DNA of 40,159 nt from Kayfunavirus MT1B1P3, in the sequence record OZ035815.1; one strand, written 5' to 3'. The notes under the pieces were generated by a model. That model saw nothing but the letters and a program-made list of their open reading frames with translations. It was not told the origin of the DNA and did not search any database. The position numbers and the translations under genes were made by a program. Of this stretch, positions 17,003 to 26,057 are shown piece by piece (the stretch's first letter is position 1; each line of letters starts with the position of its first letter).

Positions 17003-19174
17003 ATGTTTGACCTTAAGAGTATCTGGGGTTCTGACATCGAGACCAACGGTCTCCTTGATACAGTCTCCCAGTTTCACTGTGGGGTCCTGATTAACGCCGA
17101 GTCGAATGAGACCCTTAAGTATGGGGTAGCTCCGATGGTCGGTATCGTCGGTGGCTTCAAAGAGTATGTTCATAAAGTGGAAGAGATTGCCGCATCACCT
17201 GATGGTATGCTGGTATTCCATAACGGTATCAACTATGACGTCCCTGCTATAGACAAGCTGAAACGTCTGTACTTTGGGAAACGCTTTAACTTCCCGAAAC
17301 ACAAGATGATTGATACCTTGGTGCTGGGCCGCTTGATGTATCCAAACATTAAGTTCTCAGACATGGGCGCAGTGAAATCTGGTCGTCTGCCACCTAGTAT
17401 GATGGGACGTCAGTCTCTTGAGGCTTGGGGCTATCGTCTCGGTGAGATGAAGGGTGAGTACAAACACGATTACGTTGCCAAATGCAAGGCTGAAGGTATC
17501 GAATATAAGGCTGGGGACGAATGGTTGTTCCCGTCTCAGGAGATGCTGGACTATAACGTTCAAGACGTTGTGGTCACACTGGCGTTGTTCAAGAAGTTCC
17601 TGACTGACAAGTATTACTTCCAGTCTGAACAGTTCGCTTTCGACCAGATTTATGCGTTGCGTCTGGAACACGATGCTGCGTGGACCTGTGCGAAGATGGA
17701 GCGTAACGGCTATCCGATGAACACCGAGATGGTCGAAGGCTTATATCGTGAACTCACCGTCAAACGTGCAGAGTTGCTGGACAAGCTGCGTTCGACTTTC
17801 GGTAGCTGGTACGCACCAAAGGGCGGAAAGGAGTTCTTCAAGCACCCACGTACAGGCAAGGACCTTCCGAAGTATCCGAGAGTCGTGTATCCTAAGGTCG
17901 GTGGCATCTTTAAGAAGCCGAAGAACAAAGCTCAACGCTTAGGTCTTGAACCTTGTGAACGCGATACGCGAGACACGATGGAGGGAGCACCATTCACACC
18001 TATCACTTACGTTGAGTTCAATCCGGGAAGCGGGGACCACTTAGCGAAAGTTCTGATGGAGCGTGGCTGGGAGCCTGTGGACTTCACTGACACCGGGAAA
18101 CCTGTGGTCGATGACGAGACGTTAGAACACGTTAAGTTGCCAGACGAAGAGGCTCAGGCTTGCGTAGAGCTGGTCCGTGAGTATCTGGTAGTCCAGAAGC
18201 GCATCGGTCAGGCTGCTGAAGGTAAGAACGCATGGTTGAAACTTGTAGGTCCAGACGGACGTATGCACGGTTCAATAAACCCATGCGGGGCAGTAACCGG
18301 ACGTGCGACTCACAGTTCACCAAACATGGCTCAAGTCCCGGCTAACGGTGCTCCATACGGTGAGACTTGCCGTGGTGCTTTCGGTGCAGCTTGGAACAAG
18401 ACGGATGGTAAGCCAGACCCTTGGATTCAAGTAGGCGTGGATGCTTCAGGTCTTGAGCTTCGTTGTCTAGGGAACCGAGCGGCTCCGTTTGATGGTGGAG
18501 ACTATGCGAAGACTGTGGTCGAAGGGGACATACACTGGGCCAACGCAGTAAACGCTGGGTTAGCACCTAACGTCCCACGCGACAAGTCGAGCCACGACCA
18601 TGATGCTTTCCGTAATAACGCTAAGACGTTCATCTATGCGTTCCTGTATGGTGCAGGGGCCGCGAAGATTGGACTGATAGTTGGCGGTGGTAAGAAGGAA
18701 GGTTCAGCTCTCATGAAGAAATTCATTGAGGGCACACCAGCCATCAAGGACCTCAGGGAAGCTGTGAGTGATACGTTAATCTCAGACTCTAAGTGGGTGG
18801 ACGGAGAGAACATCGTCAAGTGGAAACGCCGTTGGTTGCGTGGACTTGATGGTCGGCGTATCCACATCCGGTCTCCACACTCAGCACTTAACGCCTTACT
18901 TCAAGGCGATGGTGCGGTAGTCTGTAAGCACTGGATTGTCGAGACTGAACGTATGCTCGAAGATGCCGGGTATGTTCACGGCTGGGAAGGTGACTTTGCG
19001 TACATGGCTTGGGTTCACGATGAGCTACAGATTGCGTGTCGTACTCAGGAGATTGCCGAAGAAGTCGTCAAGATTGCTCAACTTGCTATGCGTAAGGTGG
19101 GTGAGTTCTATAACTTTAAATGTGTCCTTGATACCGAAGGTAAGATTGGACCAACGTGGAAGGAGTGTCACTAA
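17003..19174 (+). CDS. 5: DNA polymerase (T7 gp5-like, family A with 3'-5' exonuclease)
   Basis: strong recalled similarity to T7 gp5 (SDIE.N.L, HNG..YDVPA, EAWGYRLGEMKGEYK, MDYNVQDVVVT, KYPR...PKVGGIFKKPKNKAQR, DASGLELRCL, DNAKTFIY.FLYGAG, FAYMAWVHDE); ATG at 17003 preferred (SD ggagg); ORF track starts at upstream GTG 16967. Confidence 0.95.
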   Translation: MFDLKSIWGSDIETNGLLDTVSQFHCGVLINAESNETLKYGVAPMVGIVGGFKEYVHKVEEIAASPDGMLVFHNGINYDVPAIDKLKRLYFGKRFNFPKHKMIDTLVLGRLMYPNIKFSDMGAVKSGRLPPSMMGRQSLEAWGYRLGEMKGEYKHDYVAKCKAEGIEYKAGDEWLFPSQEMLDYNVQDVVVTLALFKKFLTDKYYFQSEQFAFDQIYALRLEHDAAWTCAKMERNGYPMNTEMVEGLYRELTVKRAELLDKLRSTFGSWYAPKGGKEFFKHPRTGKDLPKYPRVVYPKVGGIFKKPKNKAQRLGLEPCERDTRDTMEGAPFTPITYVEFNPGSGDHLAKVLMERGWEPVDFTDTGKPVVDDETLEHVKLPDEEAQACVELVREYLVVQKRIGQAAEGKNAWLKLVGPDGRMHGSINPCGAVTGRATHSSPNMAQVPANGAPYGETCRGAFGAAWNKTDGKPDPWIQVGVDASGLELRCLGNRAAPFDGGDYAKTVVEGDIHWANAVNAGLAPNVPRDKSSHDHDAFRNNAKTFIYAFLYGAGAAKIGLIVGGGKKEGSALMKKFIEGTPAIKDLREAVSDTLISDSKWVDGENIVKWKRRWLRGLDGRRIHIRSPHSALNALLQGDGAVVCKHWIVETERMLEDAGYVHGWEGDFAYMAWVHDELQIACRTQEIAEEVVKIAQLAMRKVGEFYNFKCVLDTEGKIGPTWKECH

Positions 19175-19446
19175 TGGCTATGACCAAACGCCTGACCTGT
19201 AAGTTTGACATGAAGATTGTCTTTACGCCTGAGGACGTGGAGTCATACGTTCTTGAGCTGGTGAAGATTACCAAGGCTTATGTCTCCGGTGAGAAACTGG
19301 ATGGCATGGCACGGAAGCTGGTAGAGACTGCTGTAGAGCATGGGGTCGAAGCTGCTATTGAGCTGCACCTGAAGTCTATTCTGGCGTCACAACTGAAAGA
19401 CAAGTTGCAAGAGGTCTACAATATCAGCACGAGGTTCAAGCAATGA
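19174..19446 (+). CDS. 5.5: gp5.5-like protein (H-NS-binding protein in T7)
   Basis: starts MAMTK as in recalled T7 gp5.5 (MAMTKKFKVSFD); ATG overlaps DNAP stop (taATG) with SD ggaaggag; ORF track starts earlier at 19156. Confidence 0.6.
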   Translation: MAMTKRLTCKFDMKIVFTPEDVESYVLELVKITKAYVSGEKLDGMARKLVETAVEHGVEAAIELHLKSILASQLKDKLQEVYNISTRFKQ

Positions 19447-19652
19447 GTGAATACTTACGGGTCCTAGCGGCCCTTAAGTCCTGCCCGAAGACCTTCCAGT
19501 CCAACTATGTGCGCAATAACGCTGCACTTGTGGCTGAGGCTGCGAGTCGTGGACATCTAAGCTGCCTGTCTATGGATGGGCGTAACAACGGTGCGTGGGA
19601 GATTACTGCTGAAGGCACCAAGTTCCTGAACCAACACGGAGGCTGTCTATGA
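19443..19652 (+). CDS. 5.7: gp5.7-like protein
   Basis: 69 aa; MSEYLRVLAALKSCPKTFQSNYVRNNAALVAEAASRGH closely matches recalled T7 gp5.7. Confidence 0.8.
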   Translation: MSEYLRVLAALKSCPKTFQSNYVRNNAALVAEAASRGHLSCLSMDGRNNGAWEITAEGTKFLNQHGGCL

Positions 19653-19867
19653 GTCAAGACGTATCAGGCCGAGAACTTAAGGTAGGTCAAAAAGTTGCTT
19701 TCTGCCTAGCTGGTAAGTCATACGCTATGCGTATAGGGGAAGTAGCCCGGGTAATGCCAAAGTCGGTAGCCATCAAACACGAGACGTATATCCGCTGGAA
19801 GGGAATGACCGAGGAAGTCGAAACGGTACGTGCCTTCTCTTCAGTTTGCATCGTTGAGGAGGCATAA
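19649..19867 (+). CDS. hypothetical protein (72 aa) in the gp5.9 position
   Basis: ORF immediately before exonuclease; not similar to recalled T7 gp5.9 (RecBCD inhibitor). Confidence 0.45.
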   Translation: MSQDVSGRELKVGQKVAFCLAGKSYAMRIGEVARVMPKSVAIKHETYIRWKGMTEEVETVRAFSSVCIVEEA

Positions 19868-20733
19868 TGTCAGAGAAGAAAATAGCTCTGGTTCTGGATG
19901 GTGACTATCTGGTCTTCTCTTCTATGGCTGCTGCCGAGGACGAGACAGACTGGGGCGATGATATTTATACCCTTATCTGCGACCACGCCAAGGCTCGTCG
20001 TATCCTTGAGAACACCATCGCTGAAATCGTTAAGAAGCGCAAGGCGTGGAAAGACGCTAAGATTGTGATGTGCTTCACCGATGATGAGAACTGGCGCAAG
20101 TCCATCCTGCCTACCTATAAGGCCAACCGTAAAGGTTCTCGCAAGCCTGTAGGTTACAAGAAGTTCGTAGCCGAAGTGATGGCTGACCCACGGTTCAACA
20201 GCTTCCTGCGTCCTACGCTTGAGGGTGATGACTGTATGGGCATCATCGGGACCAGACCTCAGATTGTCGGATGTGACCATGCGGTTCTGGTGTCCTGTGA
20301 CAAGGACTTCAAGACCATCCCAAACTGTGAGTTCTTCTGGTTAACCACTGGTGAAATACTGAGTCATACGACTGCCGAGGCAGACTACTGGCACATGGAG
20401 CAGACCATCAAGGGTGACACTACAGATGGCTATGGCGGGATTCCGGGGATGGGTGAGGACACCACTCGTGTGTTCCTTGACGAGCCGTACTACTTCGTGC
20501 AGGAGAGCCGTGAGCTTAAGACTGGCAAGAACAAAGGCCAGATTAAGACTGAGTGGAAGAAGTATCCAAAGCGTGAAGACATGACGCTGTGGGACTGCAT
20601 GGTTACTCTGGCTGCTAAAGCTGGGATGACCGAGGAGGAACTTCTGGTCCAAGCTCAGGTCGCTCGTATTTGTCGAGCCTCCGACTATGACCCTAAGTCC
20701 AAGGAGGTCATCCTGTGGACACCACCCATGTAA
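19867..20733 (+). CDS. 6: 5'-3' exonuclease (T7 gp6-like)
   Basis: recalled similarity to T7 gp6 (DGD.LVF, CDHAKAR.ILE, NWRK...YKANRK..KKPVGY, SCDKDFKTIPNC.F, QTIKGD.TDGY.GI.G, LWDC....AKAGMTEE). Confidence 0.9.
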   Translation: MSEKKIALVLDGDYLVFSSMAAAEDETDWGDDIYTLICDHAKARRILENTIAEIVKKRKAWKDAKIVMCFTDDENWRKSILPTYKANRKGSRKPVGYKKFVAEVMADPRFNSFLRPTLEGDDCMGIIGTRPQIVGCDHAVLVSCDKDFKTIPNCEFFWLTTGEILSHTTAEADYWHMEQTIKGDTTDGYGGIPGMGEDTTRVFLDEPYYFVQESRELKTGKNKGQIKTEWKKYPKREDMTLWDCMVTLAAKAGMTEEELLVQAQVARICRASDYDPKSKEVILWTPPM

Positions 20734-20860
20734 TCTACTGGGCAGGACTTCTGGCCCTTTACTGCATGTACAAGTGGTTCGGGTCGAACAACCGCCCTAA
20801 ACACTGAGTCTAACCGATAGTCATATCCTATTAATCCCACAGTCATCCATAGGTGAAACA

Positions 20861-20883
20861 CTAAACTATCACTATAGGGACTT
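20861..20883 (+). promoter_or_regulatory. phage RNAP promoter (phi6.5-like)
   Basis: ctaaactatcactatagggactt matches consensus. Confidence 0.65.
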
Positions 20884-20943
20884 TAGGACCTAAGATATGA
20901 CTATAAGATAGACTTTAGTCTTAACTTAAAGAGGAGATTCAAG

Positions 20944-21216
20944 ATGGCGATTAATGCTATTGAAAACGTTGTTAAGCAGTTACAGGAAGAAAGACTTGAT
21001 GTCCCGAACATCTCCCAGTCTGCCATCCAGTTTCTGCACGTATTGTTCAACGCAAGCTACGCTGAGAAGATGGGAGCTATCAGTCTCCTCAAGCAGCAGG
21101 GCTACAGCGATGCGTTCATTGCCGGGTTCATCAAGGGTCTCCAGTATTGTTCTGACACTCTCGACTCTGCGATTGCTATGCGTCGTGAGCTGAAAGATAC
21201 CGTTCAGTTTGATTAA
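20944..21216 (+). CDS. hypothetical protein (gp6.5-like by position)
   Basis: 90-aa ORF with SD (aagaggag); identity by position only. Confidence 0.45.
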   Translation: MAINAIENVVKQLQEERLDVPNISQSAIQFLHVLFNASYAEKMGAISLLKQQGYSDAFIAGFIKGLQYCSDTLDSAIAMRRELKDTVQFD

Positions 21217-21230
21217 CTGTAGGAGGGACT

Positions 21231-21455
21231 ATGTGTTTCAGTCCAAAGATTAGCACTCCGAAGCCTTCGGTCCAAGCACCTGAACCAGCACCTCTGAGTG
21301 AGGAAGTTGCGTCAGTTGACATCGGGGCTGAATCGGACGTGGGCACCAACGAGACCAAAGGTATCAAAGACCTGAAGGTCAAGAAGGAGTCTGCACCTAA
21401 AGATAAATCGTCAGTAAGTCGCGCTATGCGTAACTCTGGCGTCAACATGGGGTAA
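21231..21455 (+). CDS. 6.7: virion protein gp6.7-like
   Basis: starts MCFSPKI and contains EPAPL as recalled for T7 gp6.7. Confidence 0.7.
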   Translation: MCFSPKISTPKPSVQAPEPAPLSEEVASVDIGAESDVGTNETKGIKDLKVKKESAPKDKSSVSRAMRNSGVNMG

Positions 21456-21459
21456 GACA

Positions 21460-21882
21460 ATGCTACCATATCTCAACTCACGCGAAGGCCGCCACATGTG
21501 CGCTTGTCGCCTCTGGGAAGACGGGCAGTCTAACTTCAAGTCATTCGAGGACTTCAAGGCTCATACTTACCGTATGGCTGACGAGTTCGACGGTGAGGAG
21601 TACACAATCTACGATGTCTCAGGTCAACCAGTAGCGTATCTCTACATGCTGGCTACCGCATCTTGGCACCGACCGACTCCCGGTCTTGACCTTTCAATCG
21701 TCGCTATTCGTCGTGACTCGCAGTCCTCCCGCAAGGTTCTTGAGACTGTCAGGCACATCATAGACGAAGAGTGCAAGCAGTGGGGTCTTGGCTGGTATTC
21801 TCGTGTCAAGCATGTTTCTGGGTCGGTAGACATCGTAACAACCAAGTGCGTTAGCACGAACAAGGAGATTAACCGTGGGTAA
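21460..21882 (+). CDS. hypothetical protein (gp7-like by position)
   Basis: 140-aa ORF between 6.7 and 7.3; identity by position and size only. Confidence 0.45.
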   Translation: MLPYLNSREGRHMCACRLWEDGQSNFKSFEDFKAHTYRMADEFDGEEYTIYDVSGQPVAYLYMLATASWHRPTPGLDLSIVAIRRDSQSSRKVLETVRHIIDEECKQWGLGWYSRVKHVSGSVDIVTTKCVSTNKEINRG

Positions 21883-22126
21883 ATCAATCAGTAAGGCTTT
21901 CAAGAAAGTGGTGAAAAGTACGTTAGGGACAGTGGGTCTTGGCTCTGACGATGCACCTAAGGTTGTTGAGGCTCCGACCCCAGCAGCAGCACCAGTGGAA
22001 GTACCGAACGATAAAGTGGAAGATGTGGATACCGAAGCAACCGCATCTGATGAGAAGAAAGTGAAGCGTTCAGGTAAGCGGAGCCTTCAGGTCTCTCGCA
22101 CCTCTGGTGGTGGTATTTCTATTTAA
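21875..22126 (+). CDS. 7.3: tail protein gp7.3-like
   Basis: MGK...KK.VK N-terminus and C-terminal SGKRSLQVSRTSGGGISI resemble recalled T7 gp7.3 (GGKKSLSVARSSGGGINI). Confidence 0.7.
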   Translation: MGKSISKAFKKVVKSTLGTVGLGSDDAPKVVEAPTPAAAPVEVPNDKVEDVDTEATASDEKKVKRSGKRSLQVSRTSGGGISI

Positions 22127-22137
22127 GGAGGTGACGA

Positions 22138-23706
22138 ATGGCTGAACGTGAAGGGTTCGCTGCTGAAGGGGCCAAAGCGGTCTATGACCGACTGAAGAAC
22201 GGTAGACAGCCATATGAGACACGCGCTCAGAATTGTGCTGCTGTCACTATCCCGTCACTGTTTCCTAAGGAGTCCGACAACTCGTCTACTGAGTACACCA
22301 CTCCGTGGCAAGCTGTAGGTGCTCGATGTTTGAACAACTTGGCTGCAAAGCTGATGTTGGCATTATTCCCCCAGTCACCGTGGATGCGACTTACAGTCTC
22401 CGAATATGAGGCTAAGACCTTGAGTCAGGACTCAGAGGCTGCTGCTCGTGTTGACGAGGGGCTTGCTATGGTCGAGCGTGTGTTGATGGCCTACATGGAG
22501 ACAAACAGTTTCCGTGTTCCATTGTTCGAAGCTCTGAAGCAGCTTATAGTCTCCGGTAACTGTCTGCTCTACATTCCAGAGCCTGAACAGGGAACCTACA
22601 GTCCCATGCGAATGTACCGCTTAGTGTCTTACGTTGTTCAACGTGATGCGTTCGGTAACATCTTGCAGATTGTGACTCTCGACAAGGTAGCGTTTAGTGC
22701 TCTACCGGAAGACGTGAAGTCTCAACTCAACGCAGACGACTATGAGCCTGACACCGAGCTGGAAGTGTATACGCACATTTACCGTCAGGACGACGAGTAT
22801 CTACGCTACGAGGAAGTGGAAGGCATTGAGGTAGCAGGGACCGATGGTTCTTACCCACTGACTGCCTGTCCATACATCCCGGTACGAATGGTTCGACTGG
22901 ACGGTGAAGACTATGGGCGCTCTTATTGCGAGGAGTATCTGGGAGACCTGAACTCGCTGGAGACGATTACAGAAGCTATCACCAAAATGGCTAAGGTAGC
23001 CTCCAAAGTGGTGGGCCTCGTTAACCCGAACGGTATCACGCAACCTCGTCGTCTGAATAAGGCGGCTACAGGTGAGTTCGTGGCTGGTCGCGTTGAGGAC
23101 ATCAACTTTCTGCAACTGACGAAAGGTCAGGACTTTACGATTGCTAAATCGGTGGCTGACGCTATCGAGCAACGTCTAGGCTGGGCCTTCCTTCTCAATA
23201 GTGCTGTTCAGCGTAATGCCGAGCGAGTCACTGCCGAAGAGATTCGTTATGTTGCTGGCGAACTGGAGGCGACCTTAGGTGGCGTGTATTCAGTACAGTC
23301 ACAAGAGCTTCAGTTACCTATCGTCCGTGTGCTGATGAACCAACTTCAGTCTGCTGGCATGATTCCTGACCTTCCGAAAGAAGCGGTAGAGCCTACTGTC
23401 TCAACTGGTCTGGAAGCTCTGGGCCGTGGTCAGGACTTGGAGAAGCTGACTCAGGCGGTTAACATGATGACTGGTCTTCAGCCGCTATCTCAGGACCCGG
23501 ACATCAATTTGCCGACCCTTAAGCTGCGACTCCTGAACGCTCTGGGCATCGACACCGCTGGCCTACTCCTGACGCAAGACGAGAAGATTCAGCGCATGGC
23601 AGAGCAGTCGTCTCAACAGGCAGTTGTCCAAGGTGCTAGTGCTGCTGGTGCTAACATGGGTGCTGCTGTAGGTCAGGGAGCTGGTGAGGACATGGCTCAA
23701 GCCTAA
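22138..23706 (+). CDS. 8: head-tail connector / portal protein (T7 gp8-like)
   Basis: extensive recalled identity to T7 gp8 (YETRAQNCA, IPSLFPK, TPWQAVGAR.LNNLA.KLMLALFP, YRLVSYVVQRDAFGN, VRMVRLDGEDYGRSY.EEYLGDL, RVTAEEIRYVA.ELE). Confidence 0.95.
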   Translation: MAEREGFAAEGAKAVYDRLKNGRQPYETRAQNCAAVTIPSLFPKESDNSSTEYTTPWQAVGARCLNNLAAKLMLALFPQSPWMRLTVSEYEAKTLSQDSEAAARVDEGLAMVERVLMAYMETNSFRVPLFEALKQLIVSGNCLLYIPEPEQGTYSPMRMYRLVSYVVQRDAFGNILQIVTLDKVAFSALPEDVKSQLNADDYEPDTELEVYTHIYRQDDEYLRYEEVEGIEVAGTDGSYPLTACPYIPVRMVRLDGEDYGRSYCEEYLGDLNSLETITEAITKMAKVASKVVGLVNPNGITQPRRLNKAATGEFVAGRVEDINFLQLTKGQDFTIAKSVADAIEQRLGWAFLLNSAVQRNAERVTAEEIRYVAGELEATLGGVYSVQSQELQLPIVRVLMNQLQSAGMIPDLPKEAVEPTVSTGLEALGRGQDLEKLTQAVNMMTGLQPLSQDPDINLPTLKLRLLNALGIDTAGLLLTQDEKIQRMAEQSSQQAVVQGASAAGANMGAAVGQGAGEDMAQA

Positions 23707-23723
23707 ACTATCACTATAGGAAC
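23702..23723 (+). promoter_or_regulatory. phage RNAP promoter (phi9-like)
   Basis: cctaaactatcactataggaac; portal stop codon embedded. Confidence 0.65.
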
Positions 23724-23814
23724 AACACAACTTGAGTGAGTGAACGCATAGCCAGCCGTAACGGGAGGGCAGGTTGTTGTGTTTCCTATTAACGACTTAA
23801 AGGAGAATGACTTA

Positions 23815-24699
23815 ATGTCTCAATCAGTTTATGCCGAGTTCGGCGTTAGCTCTAATGCAATCACTGGTTCCGTTGAGGACCTGAACGAACACCAGAAGTC
23901 TATGCTTGAACAGGACGTAGCTGTTCGTGATGGCGATGACGCTATTACCTTCAAGCAACTGGAAGCCGAAAACGAAGAGGCGACCGAAGAAGACGAAAAC
24001 GTCGAAGAGACTGAAGGTGAAGAAGACCACGAGTCAGATGACGAAGAGTCTGAGACAGATGGTGAGCAACCTGAGTTCGTAGAACTTGGTGATGCACCTA
24101 AAGAGCTGACCGAAAGTGTCACCGCTCTGGATGAAAACGAAGCTGCATTTGACGACATGGTGTCTTCTGCTGTAGAAGCCGGCAAGGTCACTGCTGATGA
24201 AATTACCGCTATCAAGGCTGAATACGCCAAGGACGGTAAGCTGTCTGACGCATCCTACGCTAAGTTGCAGGAAGCAGGTTACACCAAGCGTTTCGTAGAT
24301 TCGTTTGTCCGTGGTCAGGAAGCTCTGGCTGAACAGTATGCTGCTGGTGTGGTTCGCTACGCTGGCGGAGCTGAACAGTTTAATCGCATCCTGTCACACC
24401 TTGAGTCCAACGACCCATCAACTCGTGAAGCACTGGAAGCTGCTATCGTTCGTAAGGACATTGCGACTACCAAAGCTCTGCTGAATCTGGCTGGCAAGAC
24501 TCTGGGTAAAGCTGTGGGTGTTAAACCTCAGCGTACCATCACCACTCAGGCTAAACCTGTGGTCGCACCTAAGGCTCCTCAGACCGAAGCATTCAGCTCC
24601 AAGGCTGACATGATTAAGGCCATGAGTGACCCGCGATACCTGCGTGACGCTAAATACACTATGGAAGTTCGCGCTAAGGTAGCTGCCTCAAGCCTGTAG
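23815..24699 (+). CDS. 9: capsid assembly scaffolding protein (T7 gp9-like)
   Basis: highly acidic Glu/Asp-rich protein between portal and major capsid; ATG at 23815 with SD aaggag; ORF track starts at upstream GTG 23779. Confidence 0.85.
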   Translation: MSQSVYAEFGVSSNAITGSVEDLNEHQKSMLEQDVAVRDGDDAITFKQLEAENEEATEEDENVEETEGEEDHESDDEESETDGEQPEFVELGDAPKELTESVTALDENEAAFDDMVSSAVEAGKVTADEITAIKAEYAKDGKLSDASYAKLQEAGYTKRFVDSFVRGQEALAEQYAAGVVRYAGGAEQFNRILSHLESNDPSTREALEAAIVRKDIATTKALLNLAGKTLGKAVGVKPQRTITTQAKPVVAPKAPQTEAFSSKADMIKAMSDPRYLRDAKYTMEVRAKVAASSL

Positions 24700-24701
24700 G
24701 A

Positions 24702-24723
24702 CTAAACTATCACTATAGGGAGA
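24702..24723 (+). promoter_or_regulatory. phage RNAP promoter (phi10-like, full consensus)
   Basis: ctaaactatcactatagggaga, identical to T7 consensus from -7 to +6 (CACTATAGGGAGA). Confidence 0.7.
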
Positions 24724-24825
24724 CCAAGAGATAGACTCAAGGTTTCCCTATTACTTCAGTCCATACGGATTGGGCATACAGTAAGTAATAAACTTTATCT
24801 TTCAATTGAATAGGAGAATTATCAT

Positions 24826-25869
24826 ATGGCAAACGTTCCGGGTCAGAAAATTGGTACAGACCAAGGTAAAGGCAAATCCAGTTCAGACGCTCTGGCGTTG
24901 TTCCTGAAGGTATTTGCTGGTGAAGTCCTGACCGCATTCACTCGCCGCTCTGTAACTGCTGACAAGCATATTGTCCGTACCATTCAGAACGGTAAGTCTG
25001 CTCAGTTCCCGGTCATGGGTCGCACCTCTGGTGTGTATCTGGCTCCGGGTGAGCGACTGTCCGATAAGCGTAAAGGTATCAAACATACCGAGAAAGTGAT
25101 TACCATTGATGGTCTGCTGACTGCCGATGTGATGATTTTCGACATTGAAGACGCGATGAACCACTACGACGTGGCTGGCGAGTATTCCAACCAGTTGGGC
25201 GAAGCTCTGGCTATCGCTGCTGATGGTGCGGTGCTGGCTGAAATGGCGATCCTGTGTAACCTACCGGCTGCATCCAACGAGAACATCGTGGGTCTGGGCA
25301 CTGCGTCAGTACTGGAAGTTGGCAAGAAAGCTGACCTCAACACCCCGGCTAAACTGGGTGAAGCAATCATTGGTCAACTGACCATTGCTCGTGCGAAGCT
25401 GACCTCCAACTACGTTCCTGCTGGCGACCGTTACTTCTACACCACGCCGGACAACTACTCTGCAATCCTAGCGGCTCTGATGCCGAACGCTGCTAACTAT
25501 GCTGCGCTGATTGACCCAGAGACTGGTAACATCCGTAACGTGATGGGCTTCGTTGTTGTTGAAGTTCCGCATCTGGTACAGGGTGGCGCTGGTGAGACTC
25601 GTGGTGACGATGGCATCTCTATCGCTTCCGGTCAGAAACACGCATTCCCGGCAACTGCTACTGGCGACGTTAAAGTTGCTATGGACAACGTTGTTGGTCT
25701 GTTCTCTCACCGTTCTGCTGTGGGTACTGTGAAGCTGCGTGACTTGGCGCTGGAACGTGACCGTGACGTAGATGCTCAGGGCGACCTGATTGTTGGTAAA
25801 TACGCTATGGGTCACGGTGGTCTGCGTCCTGAAGCGGCTGGCGCACTGGTTTTCAGCCCAGCGGCGTAA
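24826..25869 (+). CDS. 10A: major capsid protein (T7 gp10A-like)
   Basis: 347 aa; extensive recalled identity to T7 gp10A (LALFLKVF.GEVLTAF, GKSAQFPV.GRT, HTEKVITIDGLLTADV, DIEDAMNHYDV, ALMPNAANYAALIDPE, VGTVKLRDLALER, KYAMGHGGLRPEAAGA). Confidence 0.97.
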   Translation: MANVPGQKIGTDQGKGKSSSDALALFLKVFAGEVLTAFTRRSVTADKHIVRTIQNGKSAQFPVMGRTSGVYLAPGERLSDKRKGIKHTEKVITIDGLLTADVMIFDIEDAMNHYDVAGEYSNQLGEALAIAADGAVLAEMAILCNLPAASNENIVGLGTASVLEVGKKADLNTPAKLGEAIIGQLTIARAKLTSNYVPAGDRYFYTTPDNYSAILAALMPNAANYAALIDPETGNIRNVMGFVVVEVPHLVQGGAGETRGDDGISIASGQKHAFPATATGDVKVAMDNVVGLFSHRSAVGTVKLRDLALERDRDVDAQGDLIVGKYAMGHGGLRPEAAGALVFSPAA

Positions 25870-26000
25870 GCACCTTTAGCCAACCTAACGTCGCTACAGT
25901 AGCGGCTGCACCTGAAGAGGAGACTCTAACTCCTCAACAGAAAGCTGCGCGTACTCGTGCTGCGAACAGGGCCGCTAAACTGGCTGAGTCCAACAACTAA
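25848..26000 (+). CDS. 10B: putative -1 frameshift extension producing minor capsid protein 10B
   Basis: slippery heptamer G GTT TTC at 25848-25854, seven codons before the 10A stop; the -1 frame stays open for 50 codons to TAA at 25998-26000; same sequence and extension length as recalled for T7 gene 10. Confidence 0.5.
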   Translation, partial: GFQPSGVSTFSQPNVATVAAAPEEETLTPQQKAARTRAANRAAKLAESNN

Positions 26001-26004
26001 TTGA

Positions 26005-26043
26005 AACCCCTTGGGTGCCTTCGGGTGCTTGAGGGGTTTTTTG
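26005..26043 (+). terminator. phage RNAP terminator (Tphi-like) after capsid gene
   Basis: aaccccttgggtgccttcgggtgcttgaggggttttttg: GC-rich hairpin plus T-run, very similar to recalled T7 Tphi. Confidence 0.8.
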
Positions 26044-26057
26044 CTTAAGGAGGTACT

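Noticed and set aside
23779-23814. Upstream GTG start for scaffolding protein (ORF track 23779)
   Set aside because: The ATG at 23815 is preceded by SD aaggag at proper spacing; the upstream extension has none.
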